A DNA stretch of 64,000 nt from Macrostomum lignano (taxonomy: Eukaryota). The position numbers and the translations under genes are program-made. The stretch is taken from contig NIVC01003008.1 of NCBI GenBank assembly GCA_002269645.1, forward strand, positions 1 through 64,000, in the 5' to 3' direction. Shown here in pieces: positions 27,170-42,699 of the stretch; within the stretch, counting starts at the first letter, position 1; each line of letters begins with the position of its first letter. The notes beneath the pieces were generated by a model. It made no database searches. It saw only the letters and a list, made by a program, of their open reading frames with translations, and was not told the origin of the DNA.

Positions 27170-27810
27170 GACTGAATTACCTGCCTCTCTATCTCATTGT
27201 CTACCTGCCTGTCTACTTCCGTATCTACCCCTGTATCTACCCCTGTATCTACCCCTGTATCTACCTCCCTATCTATCTCGGTGTCTATATCTGTGTCTAT
27301 CCCCCTGTTTACTTCCTTGTCTACTTCCCTGTCTACCATCTGTCTAGTTTTCTGTCTACCTCACTGTCTACTTTTCTGTCTACCTCCCTGTCTACCTCCC
27401 TGTCTACCTCCCTGTCTATCTCCCTGTCTACCTCCCGGTCTAATTCCCTGTATACTTCCCAGTCTACCTCCCTATCTATCTCGGTGTCTATATCTGTGTC
27501 TATCCCCCTGTTTACTTCCTTGTCTACTTCCCTGTCTACCTCCCTCTCTACCTCCTAGTCTACTTCCCTGTCTACCTCCTTGTCAACCTCCCTATCTACC
27601 TCCCTGTCTACTTTTCTGTCTACCTCACTGTCTACTTTTCTGTCTACCACCCTGTCTATCTCTCTGTCTACCTCCCGGTCGAATTCCCTGTATACTTCCC
27701 AGTCTACCTCCCTATCTACTTCCGTATCTACCTCTCTGTATACCTTCCTTTCCTACTTTCTTTGCCTACCCCCCTATCTACCCTTTTTATCTACCTTTCT
27801 ATCTACCATC
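27170..27810. repeat. 12-bp TCTACCTCCCTG minisatellite with internal block duplication (intron 10)
   Basis: Direct reading. Confidence 0.9.
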
Positions 27811-27891
27811 AGAAACGATCCAAAACCTCAAACAAGAATGGAAAAAACTATAAATCTGTTAAAAGCTCAAGGTTACAAAAAAGACACTCAC

Positions 27892-28087
27892 TGGTTGTTT
27901 TGGTCGTCTCTATCATCACCGGCTGATTTATGGTTTGTCGTTCCTCTGGCTCCGCCACCACCACTGCTGCCGCATCTTCTGACGCACAGGCAGACCAGCG
28001 ACAGGCACAGGGTGGCCACAACTGCCGCGCAACCGCAGGTAACCAAAATGATGGCTGCGGTTGACACTGAGGCAGACTGACTCGATA
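27892..28087 (-). CDS. Gene 1 exon 10: transmembrane helix and juxtamembrane region
   Basis: Acceptor cattacacag|TATCG and donor AACCA|gtgagt; AAIILVTCGCAAVVATLCLSLVCLCV followed by an RR stop-transfer. Confidence 0.9.
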
Positions 28088-28264
28088 CTGTGTAATGAAT
28101 AGAAAAACAGAATTAAGTTAAATATGTTGCTATGAAACTAAATTAGTGGCTATTTTATCAAACCAATTTGCTCGTGTCGATATAAAAAGCGGAAAGATCC
28201 GCTCGTAAATATTGATCTACAAGTATAAGAACATGGCGCGAAGTCAAATGTGACAAAAGAAAAA

Positions 28265-29030
28265 TGGGTAGAAAAAAGAAGAGAGAGAGAAAAAGAGGGA
28301 GAGGGGGAGAGAGGAGAGAGGGAGAGGGAGAGAAAGAGAAATAGAAGAGACAGAAGAGAGGCCGAGAGAGAGGGAAAGAGGTAGAGGTAGAGGGAGAGAG
28401 GGAGAGGGGGAGAGAGGGAGAGGGAGAGAGGGAGAGGGGAGAGAGGGAGAGGGAGAGAGGGAGAGGGGGAGAGAGGGAGAGGGAGAGAGGGAGAGGGGAG
28501 AGAGGGAGAGGGAGAGAGGGAGAGGGGGAGAGAGGGAGAGGGAGAGAGGGAGAGGGGGAGAGAGGGAGAGGGAGAGAGGGAGAGGGGGAGAGAGGGAGAG
28601 GGAGAGAGGGAGAGGGGGAGAGAGGGAGAGGGAGAGAGGGAGAGGGGGAGAGAGGGAGAGGGAGAGAGGGAGAGGGGGAGAGAGGGAGAGGGAGAGAGGG
28701 AGAGGGGGAGAGAGGGAGAGGGAGAGAGAGGGAGAGGGAGAAGGGAGAGGGAGAGAAAGAGAAGGAGAAGATAGGGAGAGGGAGAGAAGAGAAATAGAAG
28801 AGACAGAAGAGAGGCCGAGAGAGAGGGAAAGAGATAGAGGTAGAGGGAGAGAGGGAGAGGCGGAGAGAGGAAAGAGGGAAAGAGAAGGAGAGGGAGAGAA
28901 GAGAGGATGAGAGGCGGAGAGTGAGACAGAGAAGGAGACAAGAGGAGAAAGGGAGAGGGAGAGAAGTAGACGGAGACGGAGAGTGAGAGAGGGAGAGAGG
29001 CGGAGAGGGAGACAGAGAGAAGAGTTAAGA
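28265..29030. repeat. GA-rich minisatellite/low-complexity tract (intron 9)
   Basis: Direct reading. Confidence 0.93.
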
Positions 29031-29188
29031 AGGATGGCATGATAATAAAATTATAACGCCATTAAGATGCGACAGGAAGGCTCACATAAAAATCACCAGA
29101 TACAATTTTAAACACTGAACGCACTCCCGAGAATAAAACTTTCAGCTACAATCCAACCCCCACCCCCTAAAAAATAGAGACAACTCAC

Positions 29189-29360
29189 CAGCATAAGTGG
29201 TGTACGGCGAGCCGCACACATCAGGCCTCACCTTGAGGCACAGGGATACCCGATAAATTTGAGTCGCACTGCTCAGCCTCAGCTGAGTCTCTTCGCCAGG
29301 TTTAGCAAGTGGTGAGCAGCTTTGAACCAAACTCCAGGTGTCTCCGCCGTCCTTTGAGGC
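29189..29360 (-). CDS. Gene 1 exon 9: second half of degenerate FN3-2
   Basis: Acceptor ctgagcag|GCC in phase 0 (an alternative in-frame acceptor lies 9 nt on, exon start 29351); donor GCTG|gtgagt; ASKDGGDTWSLVQSC...YRVSLCLKVRPDVCGSP. Confidence 0.8.
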
Positions 29361-29397
29361 CTGCTCAGAGTTTCGGTTGGACTAAGCTGATTCTCAC

Positions 29398-29942
29398 GGT
29401 CTGACTCTCTAACAATCTGACTCTCTCCCAATCTGACTCTCTCCAAATCTGACTCTCTCCCAATCTGATTCTCTCCCAATCTGACTCTCTCCCAATCTGA
29501 CTCTCTCCCAATCTGACTCTGTCCCAATCTGACTCTCTCCCAATCTGACTCTCTCCCAATCTGACTCTCTCCCAATCTGACTCTCTCCCAATCTGACTCT
29601 CTCCCAATCTGACTCTCTCCAAATCTGACTCTCTCCCAATCTGACTCTCTTTCCCAATCTGACTCTCTCCCAATCTGACTCTCTCCCAATCTGACTCTCT
29701 CCCAATCTGACTCTCTCCCAATCTGACTCTCTCCCAATCTAACTCTCTCCCAATCTGACTCTCTTTCCCAATCTGACTCTCTCCCGATCTGACTCTCTTT
29801 CCCAATCTGACTCTCTCCCAATCTGACTCTCTCCCAATCTGACTCTCTTTCCCAATCTGACTCTCTCCCAATCTGACTCTCTCCCAATCTGACTATCCTA
29901 ATCTGACTCTCAAAAAGTCTGACTCTGAAAATCTGACTCTAC
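29398..29942. repeat. 16-18-bp minisatellite (AATCTGACTCTCTCCC), intron 8
   Basis: Direct reading. Confidence 0.96.
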
Positions 29943-29978
29943 TAAAGCAAATCTTGAGCCCAGTAAAATAGGACTGAC

Positions 29979-30697
29979 CTGCAGCCGAGCACAATAGCAT
30001 CCGTCACTGTCTACGTCGCAGTCGCCAGCTCCGGGCAGAAACCTCAGCACCGCGCTGTCCCGATCCCACCTCGGCTGATCAACAGCAGGCAGCCGCAGGT
30101 GAGCCGTGGTGGCAACCAGCGGCGCCCCAACGCCCTCATAGGCCAGGCCCTTGCCCAGAGCATTAACCGGAGTCACACTGATGGAGTAGGTGGTGTCTGG
30201 ATGAAGCTGCCCCAGCTCCATCCTGCCTAAACTGATGTTCGCCCACAACTCGAAGCTGGATACTCGACCAGCTGTGGAGTTCCAACCGCGGCCCAGCACC
30301 TGCAGGCGGGTTGGCAGGCCGCCATCGAACCCCGGTGACCAGGTGAGGAGCAGCCGGTCCCAGGCCAGGGTTCGAATCGCTGCTGTCAGAGGCGCATCCG
30401 GTTTCAAGATGGGAACCACTTCGAATACACGGTCAACTAAGCCTAGAGAGTTGTTTACTCGACAGGTGTAGTTGCCTAGCGACAGGTTGCTGCTACGATG
30501 GGGATATGCGCTGATTAGTTGCCATGGCGACGAGTCATTGACTGCGCTGGCGTTGCCTAGCAACCATCGACCGGCGGAATCGAGCCAGGTGACGCTGACT
30601 GGCCGATGGGAGATGAAACTGCAGATGAGGCTGCTGCTGACCTGGGATCCGCTTGGCAGTGCGACTTTGCTCACAGCGTTCGTAATCTCTGGCGGCA
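29979..30697 (-). CDS. Gene 1 exon 8: Ig7 + FN3-1 + start of FN3-2
   Basis: Acceptor cattccag|TGCCG and donor CTGCAG|gtcagt; SLIC...VTW...GNYTCRVNNSLG, then KPDAP...LTWSPGFDGG...DTTYSISVTPVNALG. Confidence 0.93.
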
Positions 30698-30747
30698 CTG
30701 GAATGCAGAGGGCTTCCGTTGATCAGTTAGTAAACTGCAATAATCCT

Positions 30748-30919
30748 AAATCCCAGATCTCAGATCCCTGGATCCCAGATCCTTAGATCCCAGATCCCTA
30801 GATCCCAGATCCCTAGATCCCAGATCCCTAGAACCCAGATCCCTGGATCCCAGATCCCTAGAACCCAGACCCCTAGATCCCAGATCCCTAGATCCCAGAT
30901 CCCTAGATCCCAGATCCCA
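30748..30919. repeat. 15-bp minisatellite (GATCCCAGATCCCTA), intron 7
   Basis: Direct reading. Confidence 0.95.
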
Positions 30920-30927
30920 AAGCTCAC

Positions 30928-31064
30928 CCTCAACAACCAGCCGGAACGCCAGCTGCAGCGCTCCCAGCTCATTGACGGCCTCGCAAACGAATTCTCCCGT
31001 GTCGTTCAGCTGCACCGAATAACGCTGGGTGCCGCGGAATTTCAGAGTGCTGCTGTACCGGAAG
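30928..31064 (-). CDS. Gene 1 exon 7: second half of Ig6
   Basis: Acceptor atactctag|CTTCC (phase 2) and donor GAGG|gtgagc; FRYSSTLKF...NDTGEFVCEAVNELG. Confidence 0.9.
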
Positions 31065-31186
31065 CTAGAGTATTGGGCGGTAATAAAAGATCCTTAGAGT
31101 CATGAATTTTTCTGCCATACCACTGTCTCCTTAGAAACCAAATATGGAATCTATGTCACAGATTTGTTGTCACTCTGTCAACTAGA

Positions 31187-31518
31187 TTATCTACCAATGT
31201 AGTAGCTTATCTACCAGTGTAGTAGCTTATCTACCAGTGTAGTAGCTTATCTACCAGTGTAGTAGCTTATCTACCAGTGTAGTAGCTTATCTACCAGTGT
31301 AGTAGCTTATCTACCAGTGTAGTAGCTTATCTACCAGTGTAGTAGCTTATCTACAAATTTAGTAGCTTATCTACCAGTGTAGTAGCTTATCTACCAGTGT
31401 AGTAGTCTATCTACCAGTGTAGTAGCTTATCTACCAGTGTAGTAGCTTATCTACCAATGCATTAGCTTATCTACTAGTGTAGTCGCTTATCTACCAGTCT
31501 AATTACGTATCTACCAGA
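31187..31518 (+). repeat. 20-bp minisatellite (AGTAGCTTATCTACCAGTGT), intron 6
   Basis: About 16 copies; reverse complement of the intron 4 array. Confidence 0.97.
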
Positions 31519-31614
31519 TATTGCAGCTTTTCCATCAACCTATACTAGTCTTTGTTTTGAGAGTGATCCTTTTTTGAAAGTCATTATTGCTGCTACAAAG
31601 ACTCTGACACTCAC

Positions 31615-31957
31615 GCATCAGTTCTTATCTCGTACTTTGCCGAGTACACCGGCCCGCCTGACTCGGTGGCCAGCAGGGAGGTCCGGCCGTCCCCCGTCGG
31701 CCCCCGCCTCCACCAGCGGATCATCGGCTGCGGGTTGGCGGCCACTCGGCAGGTCAAGCCGGCAAATCTGTCGTCGCCCTGACGGACCCGAACTTCTCCG
31801 TCGGTGACGCCGATGGCTTGAGGCGACTGGACCACTTGGAGACTGACTGGCTGCGACTCGGTGGAACCCAGACTGTTCCAGGCGCGGCAGATGTACTGCC
31901 CTGAGTCAGACAGGCCGACTCGCGCAATCTGCAGCCGCGGCTCCGACGATGTGGAAC
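31615..31957 (-). CDS. Gene 1 exon 6: end of Ig5 + first half of Ig6
   Basis: Acceptor actccacag|GTTCC and donor GATGC|gtgagt; LQIARVGLSDSGQYICRAWNSLG...GLTCRVAANPQPMIRW. Confidence 0.92.
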
Positions 31958-31979
31958 CTGTGGAGTCGGAGGGAGCAGA

Positions 31980-32300
<321 letters not shown>

Positions 32301-32305
32301 CTAAC

Positions 32306-32908
32306 CTGCAGAATCGGCAACCGTCTCGCCAACTCGAGACCATCGAAGGCTTGGTGGCGGCTCTCCTGGTTCCTCAGCATTGACTTGGCAGGAGGCATTG
32401 ATCCCGCTTCCTGCCAGGACTCGAGTTGGCAGGGAGTCGGCGGCAGGTGGCCCGGGGGCGTACCGCACCGTCAGTTGGACTGAAGCCGTAGCGCTGAATG
32501 TCAGACTCTCGCCAGCAGAAGTGCTGAGCACAGACTCAACCTCGCATCGCCATTCGCCGGTGTGCTGACGAAGAGCTCTTGGCAGGTAGAGCCCTGTTCC
32601 CGTGGAGTTCCTTACCCGCTGTCCGCTGACTGTGTGGCGCCAGAGGACCCCCGCTGGGAGGGGGTTGCCGGACACCGCGCACTGGACAAAGACTGGATCT
32701 CCCTGGTTCACGCTGACACTGGGCGGAGCCTTGGCTGTAGGCGGGTAGAGCACCGACACTGAGAAAGTCGCCGAATTCGATGCGTTGCCAAGCGAGTTCG
32801 AAGCTGCGCAGGTGTACACTCCAGACTGGCTGCGGTGCAGGGAGCTGGCTAGCTGGAATGTGGCGCTCACTGTCGACTCGCTACCGTCAGCTGCTCCGGA
32901 TTCGCGGT
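32306..32908 (-). CDS. Gene 1 exon 5: end of Ig3, all of Ig4, start of Ig5
   Basis: Acceptor acttccgcag|ACCGC and donor GCAG|gttagt; SGVYTCAASNSLG; VQCAVSGNPLP...GEWRCEVES; ASCQVNAEEPGEPPPSLRW. Confidence 0.94.
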
Positions 32909-32989
32909 CTGCGGAAGTTAGTAATAGATGGTAGACAATCTCTACTAAATGTATAACTCAGTGAGTAGACTCAGAAGAGCTAGTAGACT

Positions 32990-33745
32990 ATTAGATAAGG
33001 TAGTAGACTGGTAGATAGGTCGGTAGACTGGTAGGTCAGCTAGTAGACGTGGTAGATAAGCAACTACACTGGTAGATAAGCTACTAAATTTGTAGATAAG
33101 CTACTACACTGGTAAATAAGCTACTACATATGTAGATAAGCTACTACACTGGTAGATAAGCTACTACACTGGTAGATAAGCTACTACACTGGTAGATAAG
33201 CTACTACACTGGTAAATAAGCTACTACACTGGTAGATAAGCTACTACACTGGTAAATAAGCTACTACACTGGTAGATAAGCTACTACATTTGTATATAAG
33301 CTACTGCACTGGTAGATTAACTAGAAGACTGGTAGATAAACTACTAGTGAACTAGCAGATAGGCTAGTAGACTGGTAGATAAGCTAGTAGACTAGTAGAT
33401 AAGCTAGTAGACTGGTAGATAAGCTAGTAGACTAGTAGATAAGCTAGTAGACTGGTAGATAAGCTAGTAGACTAGTATATAAGCTAGTAGACTGGTAGAT
33501 AAGCTAGTAGACTAGTAGATAAGCTAGTAGACTGGTAGATAAGCTAGTAGACTGGTAGATAAGCTAGTAGACTAGTAGATAAGCTAGTAGACTGGTAGAT
33601 AAGCTAGTAGACTAGTAGATAAGCTAGTAGACTGGTAGATAAGCCAGTAGACTAGTAGATAAGCTAGCAGACTGGTAGATAAGCTAGTAGACTAGTAGAT
33701 AAGCTAGTAGTCTGGTAGATACTAGCAGCAGATTTGTAGATAAGC
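32990..33745 (-). repeat. 20-bp minisatellite (GGTAGATAAGCTACTACACT, drifting to GGTAGATAAGCTAGTAGACT), intron 4
   Basis: The 33051-33320 block is the reverse complement of the 31187-31518 array. Confidence 0.96.
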
Positions 33746-33787
33746 TATAGTAGAATAGTGTAGACCTCGAGTTTATAAAGCACTCAC

Positions 33788-33919
33788 CCTGAAGCACCGT
33801 GCCATTGCTGGCAACCAGTTGAATTCTCGGTGCTGGATAACCGCTGGCTTGGCAGGTGACACTCACTGAGGAGCCCTCGATGGCTGAGATGTCGGGCGTA
33901 GGCAGTACAGTGGGCTTGT
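33788..33919 (-). CDS. Gene 1 exon 4: first half of Ig3
   Basis: Acceptor gattttcag|ACAAG and donor CAGG|gtgagt; KPTVLPTPDISAIEGSSVSVTCQASGYPAPRIQL. Confidence 0.93.
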
Positions 33920-34173
33920 CTGAAAATCGTACGTTTAACAGGTCTTTGTTTAGTAGGCTATGACTCATTTATTTAGAGTCTTTAGATTTCTCTACGTCTC
34001 TTTGTCCAATGATGACTCATCCTTATTAACCGGAGTGTACATTTCTAAGGATTAGAAAATCAGGATGCTAATAGTTTTTAGAAAGAACACGTATAGACAC
34101 AAATGGCGATATGTATCGAAAGTATTTATTTTAAAGGGCATCTGGTACGTCTAGATCAGTAAACCTCACTCAC

Positions 34174-34494
34174 GCTTCACTCGAAGCAGCAGTTGACCTT
34201 CAGCCGTCTCCCCAGTCCCCGGCTGCTGCGACCTGCACGTCCACATCGCCCGGTCGTCTCCAGCGCTGACCGTCAACGGCAGTTGACTTCTTGACTGTCC
34301 GAACTTCGCTGCAGGCGCCGACGTCACGACGGCGCTCTGCGCCACCGGCACAGCGCTGGCAAAACCGGCGGGTTTTCGAGTCCAGCTCAGGTTTACTGCC
34401 GGGTTCCAGCCTGTCACCGAACAGCTGAGAGTCACCGCGTCACCGGCTGACGGCTCCGGCGGACTGGCGCTGATGACGGGTGCGGATCCGCCAG
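34174..34494 (-). CDS. Gene 1 exon 3: Ig2 (C2/C1-like)
   Basis: Acceptor aacgcag|CTGGC and donor AAGC|gtgagt; 321 nt, phase 1-1; [19 protein letters not shown]...[12 protein letters not shown]. Confidence 0.92.
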
Positions 34495-34522
34495 CTGCGT
34501 TGGCGAACAGGGATTTGGGATT

Positions 34523-35422
<900 letters not shown>

Positions 35423-35961
35423 CGTGACTCAGGCTACATGAGGCTTTCCCTACCACAGCAGTTGATGAGCCATCCCTGCCTCACCTGCCCACAGCCAGAA
35501 ACAGGCATCGTTTTATAACTTTTTTCTAGACAAATTCTATGGTCTGACAGGGCAATAAATGGGAGAGCAGGTGGGCGGTCCGCCAGGTGCCACTCAGCAA
35601 CAGGCTAATGGATTTTGACAGCTCCCGGTTAGCTCTACATTCGTAGCACTTGTAGAAAATTTTCTGCCTAAAATGAAGGCAATTTTGAGCTGGGGAACTT
35701 ACAATACACACACATATTTGCTAGAGTCAGCAGTCTGCCCAGCCTCGGGTCTCAGTTGAGTTCACTGTTAATTGGTTCTCTTTTTACTGAATCAGACACT
35801 TTAGCTACTAGTGCTGCTGTGTAGGATGAAGGGCTGGGGTAACTCGGGGCTGCTGGTTCTGTACAGCATCTGTTAATAATTTGTTACCTGACTTTAGGGA
35901 TAGTATTGGCAACTGTCTGTGAGCCTGCGTATGATAGAGAGAGAGGGGACATTAGACTTGG

Positions 35962-37170
<1,209 letters not shown>

Positions 37171-37672
37171 AAACAGCAAGAGACTGCAGCAGGAGTCAAA
37201 CAGGTATCGCACAGGGCATATCGCTATGCACAGAGGTGTCAGTCATGTGGCAGTCCCAGGTACAAGGCTGATTATCATTCCAGACGCGGTGGCTGTGCGC
37301 TGGGAAACAGAAAACAGATAGAGAAGAATCGGTATAGGAAACCTAACGGGCCCAACTGCTGAGGCAAGCCTGTAGCCCTGTCCCGGCCAATGGGGGTTCA
37401 AAGGTATAAGTTGCTACGACAGTTGTCTTTGCCTACAGCCTGACTTGCCAATGCTAACGAGAATTCCAATAAAGCATTGACGATGAAAGTTGCTTTGCTT
37501 TGTGGGGTGAGACAGGCCAGGGCAGAGGCTTGGGTACAATGGATATATTATTGCTCTGTTATAGCTGACCCTTTCACCTGAGGAATTTGTAAAGAAAGAG
37601 AAATCAAATGGCTTTGAAAACCCATGCAGATAAAAGTGCAAGAGAAAGAGGGGATGTAAGACAGCTTACGTA

Positions 37673-38815
37673 AGACAGATAGATAGAGACAGATAGATAG
37701 AGACAGATAGATAGAGACAGACAGATAGAGACAGACAGATAGAGACAGACAGATAGAGACTGACAGATAGACAGACAGATAGAGACAGACAGATAGAGAC
37801 TGACAGATAGAGACAGACAGATAGAGACAGATAGATAGAGACAGATAGATAGAGACAGATAGATAGAGACAGATAGATAGAGACAGACGGATAGAGACAG
37901 ATAGATAGAGACAGATAGATATAGACAGATAGATAGAGACAGATAGATAGAGACAGATAGATAGAGACAGACGGATAGAGACAGATAGATAGAGACAGAT
38001 AGATAGAGACAGATAGATAGAGACAGATAGATAGAGACAGATAGATATAGACAGATAGATAGAGACAGACGGATAGAGACAGATAGATAGAGACAGATAG
38101 ATAGAGACAGATAGATATAGACAGATAGATAGAGACAGATAGATATAGACAGATAGATAGAGACAGACGGATAGAGACAGATAGATAGAGACAGATAGAT
38201 AGAGACAGATAGATAGAGACAGATAGATATAGACAGATAGATAGAGACAGATAGATAGAGACAGACAGATAGAGACAGATAGATAGAGACAGATAGATAG
38301 AGACAGACGGATAGAGACAGACGGATAGAGACAGACGGATAGAGACAGATAGATAGAGACAGATAGATAGAGACAGATAGATATAGACAGATAGATAGAG
38401 ACAGATAGATAGAGACAGATAGATAGAGACAGATAGATAGAGACAGATAGATAGAGACAGACGGATAGAGACAGACGGATAGAGACAGACGGATAGAGAC
38501 AGATAGATAGAGACAGATAGATAGAGACAGATAGATAGAGACAGATAGATATAGACAGATAGATAGAGACAGACGGATAGAGACAGATAGATAGAGACAG
38601 ATAGATAGAGACAGATAGATAGAGACAGATAGATATAGACAGATAGATAGAGACAGATAGATAGAGACAGATAGATAGAGACAGATAGATAGAGACAGAT
38701 AGATAGAGACAGACGGATAGAGACAGATAGATAGAGACAGACGGATAGAGACAGATAGATAGAGACAGATAGATAGAGACAGATAGATAGAGACAGATAG
38801 ATAGTAGATAGAGAC
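37673..38815. repeat. 14-bp compound minisatellite (AGATAGATAGAGAC)
   Basis: Direct reading. Confidence 0.97.
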
Positions 38816-39784
38816 AGTAAGGTTAAACAATACAAGTATTAATAGATCAGGAAAGGTGACAAGTCAGGACAGATAAGAAAGGACAGGTTAATTAAGACAA
38901 GCGCACAAATTTAACGAATCGCTATACTTAATACAATTAACTGTATATTTTCTATATTTCGGTCATAAAAACTGTTAGTCAGCAACTAAGAAAGTTCAAA
39001 TATTTTAGCTAGTTGATTTCTAAGAGCCATAACCCGACCCCCCGGTGCGAAAGCTTTAGCAGGTGGAGACATTGCGAAGACAATTCTAGCGGAAGCGATG
39101 ACAGGTGATCAAGCCAGGCCTGGAGCAAGAGTTGAAAAAGAAAGAATAGAAACAGAACCAGTTTGCTTGCAACTCCGGCTTCTGAAACTTTCCGTTGTTG
39201 TTGCTAATCTAAAATGCAGAAGAACTTGCACTCGCGCCACACACACAACTTTTTCGCTCAGCGTTAGCCTGAGGGATTTCTGCCAGCTAAATCCCCAAAA
39301 TCCAGGGATAGAAAAACAATAGAAATCAGGGAAATTTTCTAGCAATTATTGAGAACACGAGAGAGAGAGAGAGAGAGAGAGACAGCTGTAAACATTATTC
39401 ACAAATTAAACCTTGAGCTCCGCCTTAACACTTTCTATTTCTATTTATTGCTGTAAAATCTGCATGCTTCTGAAGATTTCTTCAGACAAATTCTTATAGG
39501 CTTTTGTGTCCATCGTTGCGTTTTGATTTATTTCACTAAGCAGCAAATGTTCGAGGTAAAAGTGTGATAATCTTCTGTAAGTGGATTAGGCAAGAGAAAG
39601 CATTGATAGGCGGGTGTCAGTTATGCCGAATGCTCGGGGAAAGATTAGCTATGCGCTCGCTTTGGAAGTAGAAAGGAAGAGAAGTTATGAGATTAGCTGT
39701 GTTCGTACAACATAAGCATTTTGAACGTTGTAGTTACTAGTGTTGTACAAGGGGTTTGGTCACACACACTTAATTAGGAAACTG

Positions 39785-40031
39785 CTGTCCAAGAGGTGAC
39801 ACACACACACACACACCTGTCCAAGAGGTGACACACACACACACACACCTGTCCAAGAGGTGACACACACACACACACACACACACCTGTCCAAGACGTG
39901 ACACACACCTGTCCATGAGGGGACACACACCTGTCCATGAGGTGACACACACACACACCCCTGTCCATGAGGTGACACACACACACACACCTGTCCATGA
40001 GGTGACACACACACACACCTGTCCATGAGGT

Positions 40032-40072
<41 letters not shown>

Positions 40073-41754
40073 GTCCATGAGGTGACACACACACACACAC
40101 CTGTCCATGAGGTGACACACACACACACACCTGTCCATGAGGTGACACACACACACACACACACACACCTGTCCATGAGGTGACACACACACACACCTGT
40201 CCATGAGGTGACACACACACACACCTGTCCATGAGGTGACACACACACACCTGTCCATGAGGTGACACACACCTGTCCATGAGGTGACACACACACACAC
40301 CTGTCCATGAGGTGACACACACACACACCTGTCCATGAGGTGACACACACCTGTCCATGAGGTGACACACACCTGTCCATGAGGTGACACACACCTGTCC
40401 ATGAGGTGACACACACCTGTCCATGAGGTGACACACACACACCTGTCCATGAGGTGACACACACACACACACCTGTCCATGAGGTGACACACACACACTT
40501 GTCCATGAGGTGACACACACCTGTCCATGAGGTGACACACACACACCTGTCCATGAGGTGACACACACACACACACACACCTGTCCATGAGGTGACACAC
40601 ACACACTTGTCCATGAGGTGACACACACACACACCTGTCCATGAGGTGACACACACACACACCTGTCCATGAGGTGACACACACCTGTCCATGAGGTGAC
40701 ACACACCTGTCCATGAGGTGACACACACCTGTCCATGAGGTGACACACACACACCTGTCCATGAGGTGACACACACACACACCTGTCCATGAGGTGACAC
40801 ACACCTGTCCATGAGGTGACACACACCTGTCCATGAGGTGACACACACCTGTCCATGAGGTGACACACACACACCTGTCCATGAGGTGACACGCACACAC
40901 ACACCTGTCCATGAGGTGACACACACACACTTGTCCATGAGGTGACACACACACACCTGTCCATGAGGTGACACACACACACCTGTTCATGAGGTGACAC
41001 ACACACACCTGTCCATGAGGTGACACACACCTGTCCATGAGGTGACACACACACACTTGTCCATGAGGTGACACACACACACTTGTCCATGAGGTGACAC
41101 ACACACACCTGTCCATGAGGTGACACACACACACACCTGTCCATGAGGTGACACACACACACACACACACACCTGTCCATGAGGTGACACACACCTGTCC
41201 ATGAGGTGACACACACCTGTCCATGAGGTGACACACACCTGTCCATGAGGTGACACACACCTGTCCATGAGGTGACACACACTTGTCCATGAGGTGACAC
41301 ACACACACCTGTCCATGAGGTGACACACACACACACACACCTGTCCATGAGGTGACACACACACACTTGTCCATGAGGTGACACACACACACCTGTCCAT
41401 GAGGTGACACACACACACACCTGTCCATGAGGTGACACACACACACACACACACCTGTCCATGAGGTGACACACACCTGTCCATGAGGTGACACACACCT
41501 GTCCATGAGGTGACACACACCTGTCCATGAGGTGACACACACACACCTGTCCATGAGGTGACACACACACACACACACCTGTCCATGAGGTGACACACAC
41601 ACACACACACACCTGTCCATGAGGTGACACACACCTGTCCATGAGGTGACACACACACACACACACACACCTGTCCATGAGGTGACACGCACACACACAC
41701 ACACACCTGTCCATGAGGTGACACACACACACACAGACACCTGTCCATGAGGTG

Positions 41755-41794
<40 letters not shown>

Positions 41795-41872
41795 GTCCAT
41801 GAGGTGACACGCACACACACACACACCTGTCCATGAGGTGACACACACACACACAGACACCTGTCCATGAGG

Positions 41873-41910
<38 letters not shown>

Positions 41911-41930
41911 GTCCATGAGGTGACACACAC
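39785..41930. repeat. Compound array: constant CCTGTCCATGAGGTGA core separated by variable-length (CA)n
   Basis: Roughly 80 units (estimated from length). Confidence 0.98.
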
Positions 41931-42699
41931 ATCTGTCTAAGAGCCGCTAAAAGCTCTCTATTCCAAGCTTCATGCTAAGGGGTAAAAATGTATAAATTAA
42001 ATGGTTGGCTATTTAAAAAAGCGAAACAATATAGAGAACCATTTGTCACTAACTACTGCCTTGAATTATGAAAAAGGTATAAAATTTATGCTCCATTACT
42101 CTCATTAATTAATCAATCAGTCCATCAGGGGTTCCTTCGCCTTGAGTATCCAGGTCGATAAACTAAAGGTTTAGGCTATAGGAGACTCCCAACCACCAGC
42201 AAGGGTCTCATACCTCAGAGTGCTTCATTACACGTTAACAATAATTTTTATACGAGCTATATACGGGCTGTTAAATACAGATTTGGATGAAATATGCGGG
42301 CTCGGGGCAAATATAATGAGCAAAATGTTGAGTTGCCCAACTCATAAAATCGGGGGTGGGGCAAAAAATCTGCCTCCCCACCTGCACCACCTGGGCGATT
42401 TGGTCTGCCTGTCAATCAAATCAAGTGCTGCCACGAGAGAGAGGGGGGTGCTTCTACAAGTGGCCAAGGCCCACTGGTACAGTGTGGGTTGGTAAGACTC
42501 TCACAGAAATTCGTATTTGGTTGAATATTTTAACATTACACTTCAAATGTACACACATGTACAGGGCCCCTTTGCGATAAATATTTTCGATACATATCGT
42601 CATTAATATTGAACACGCGTTCTTTCTAGGAAATTCCTATTTTAAACTGTCCAAAGACTTTCTCAAAGTAGCTAAAAATATATATATAATTGCAATGGT

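Noticed and set aside
27170-27810. Multiple let-7 seed matches (CTACCTC) in the repeats
   Set aside because: They lie on the strand antisense to the gene and are intronic; a by-product of the repeat unit.
39785-41930. CRISPR array
   Set aside because: Spacers are only (CA)n, the context is eukaryotic, and there are no cas genes.
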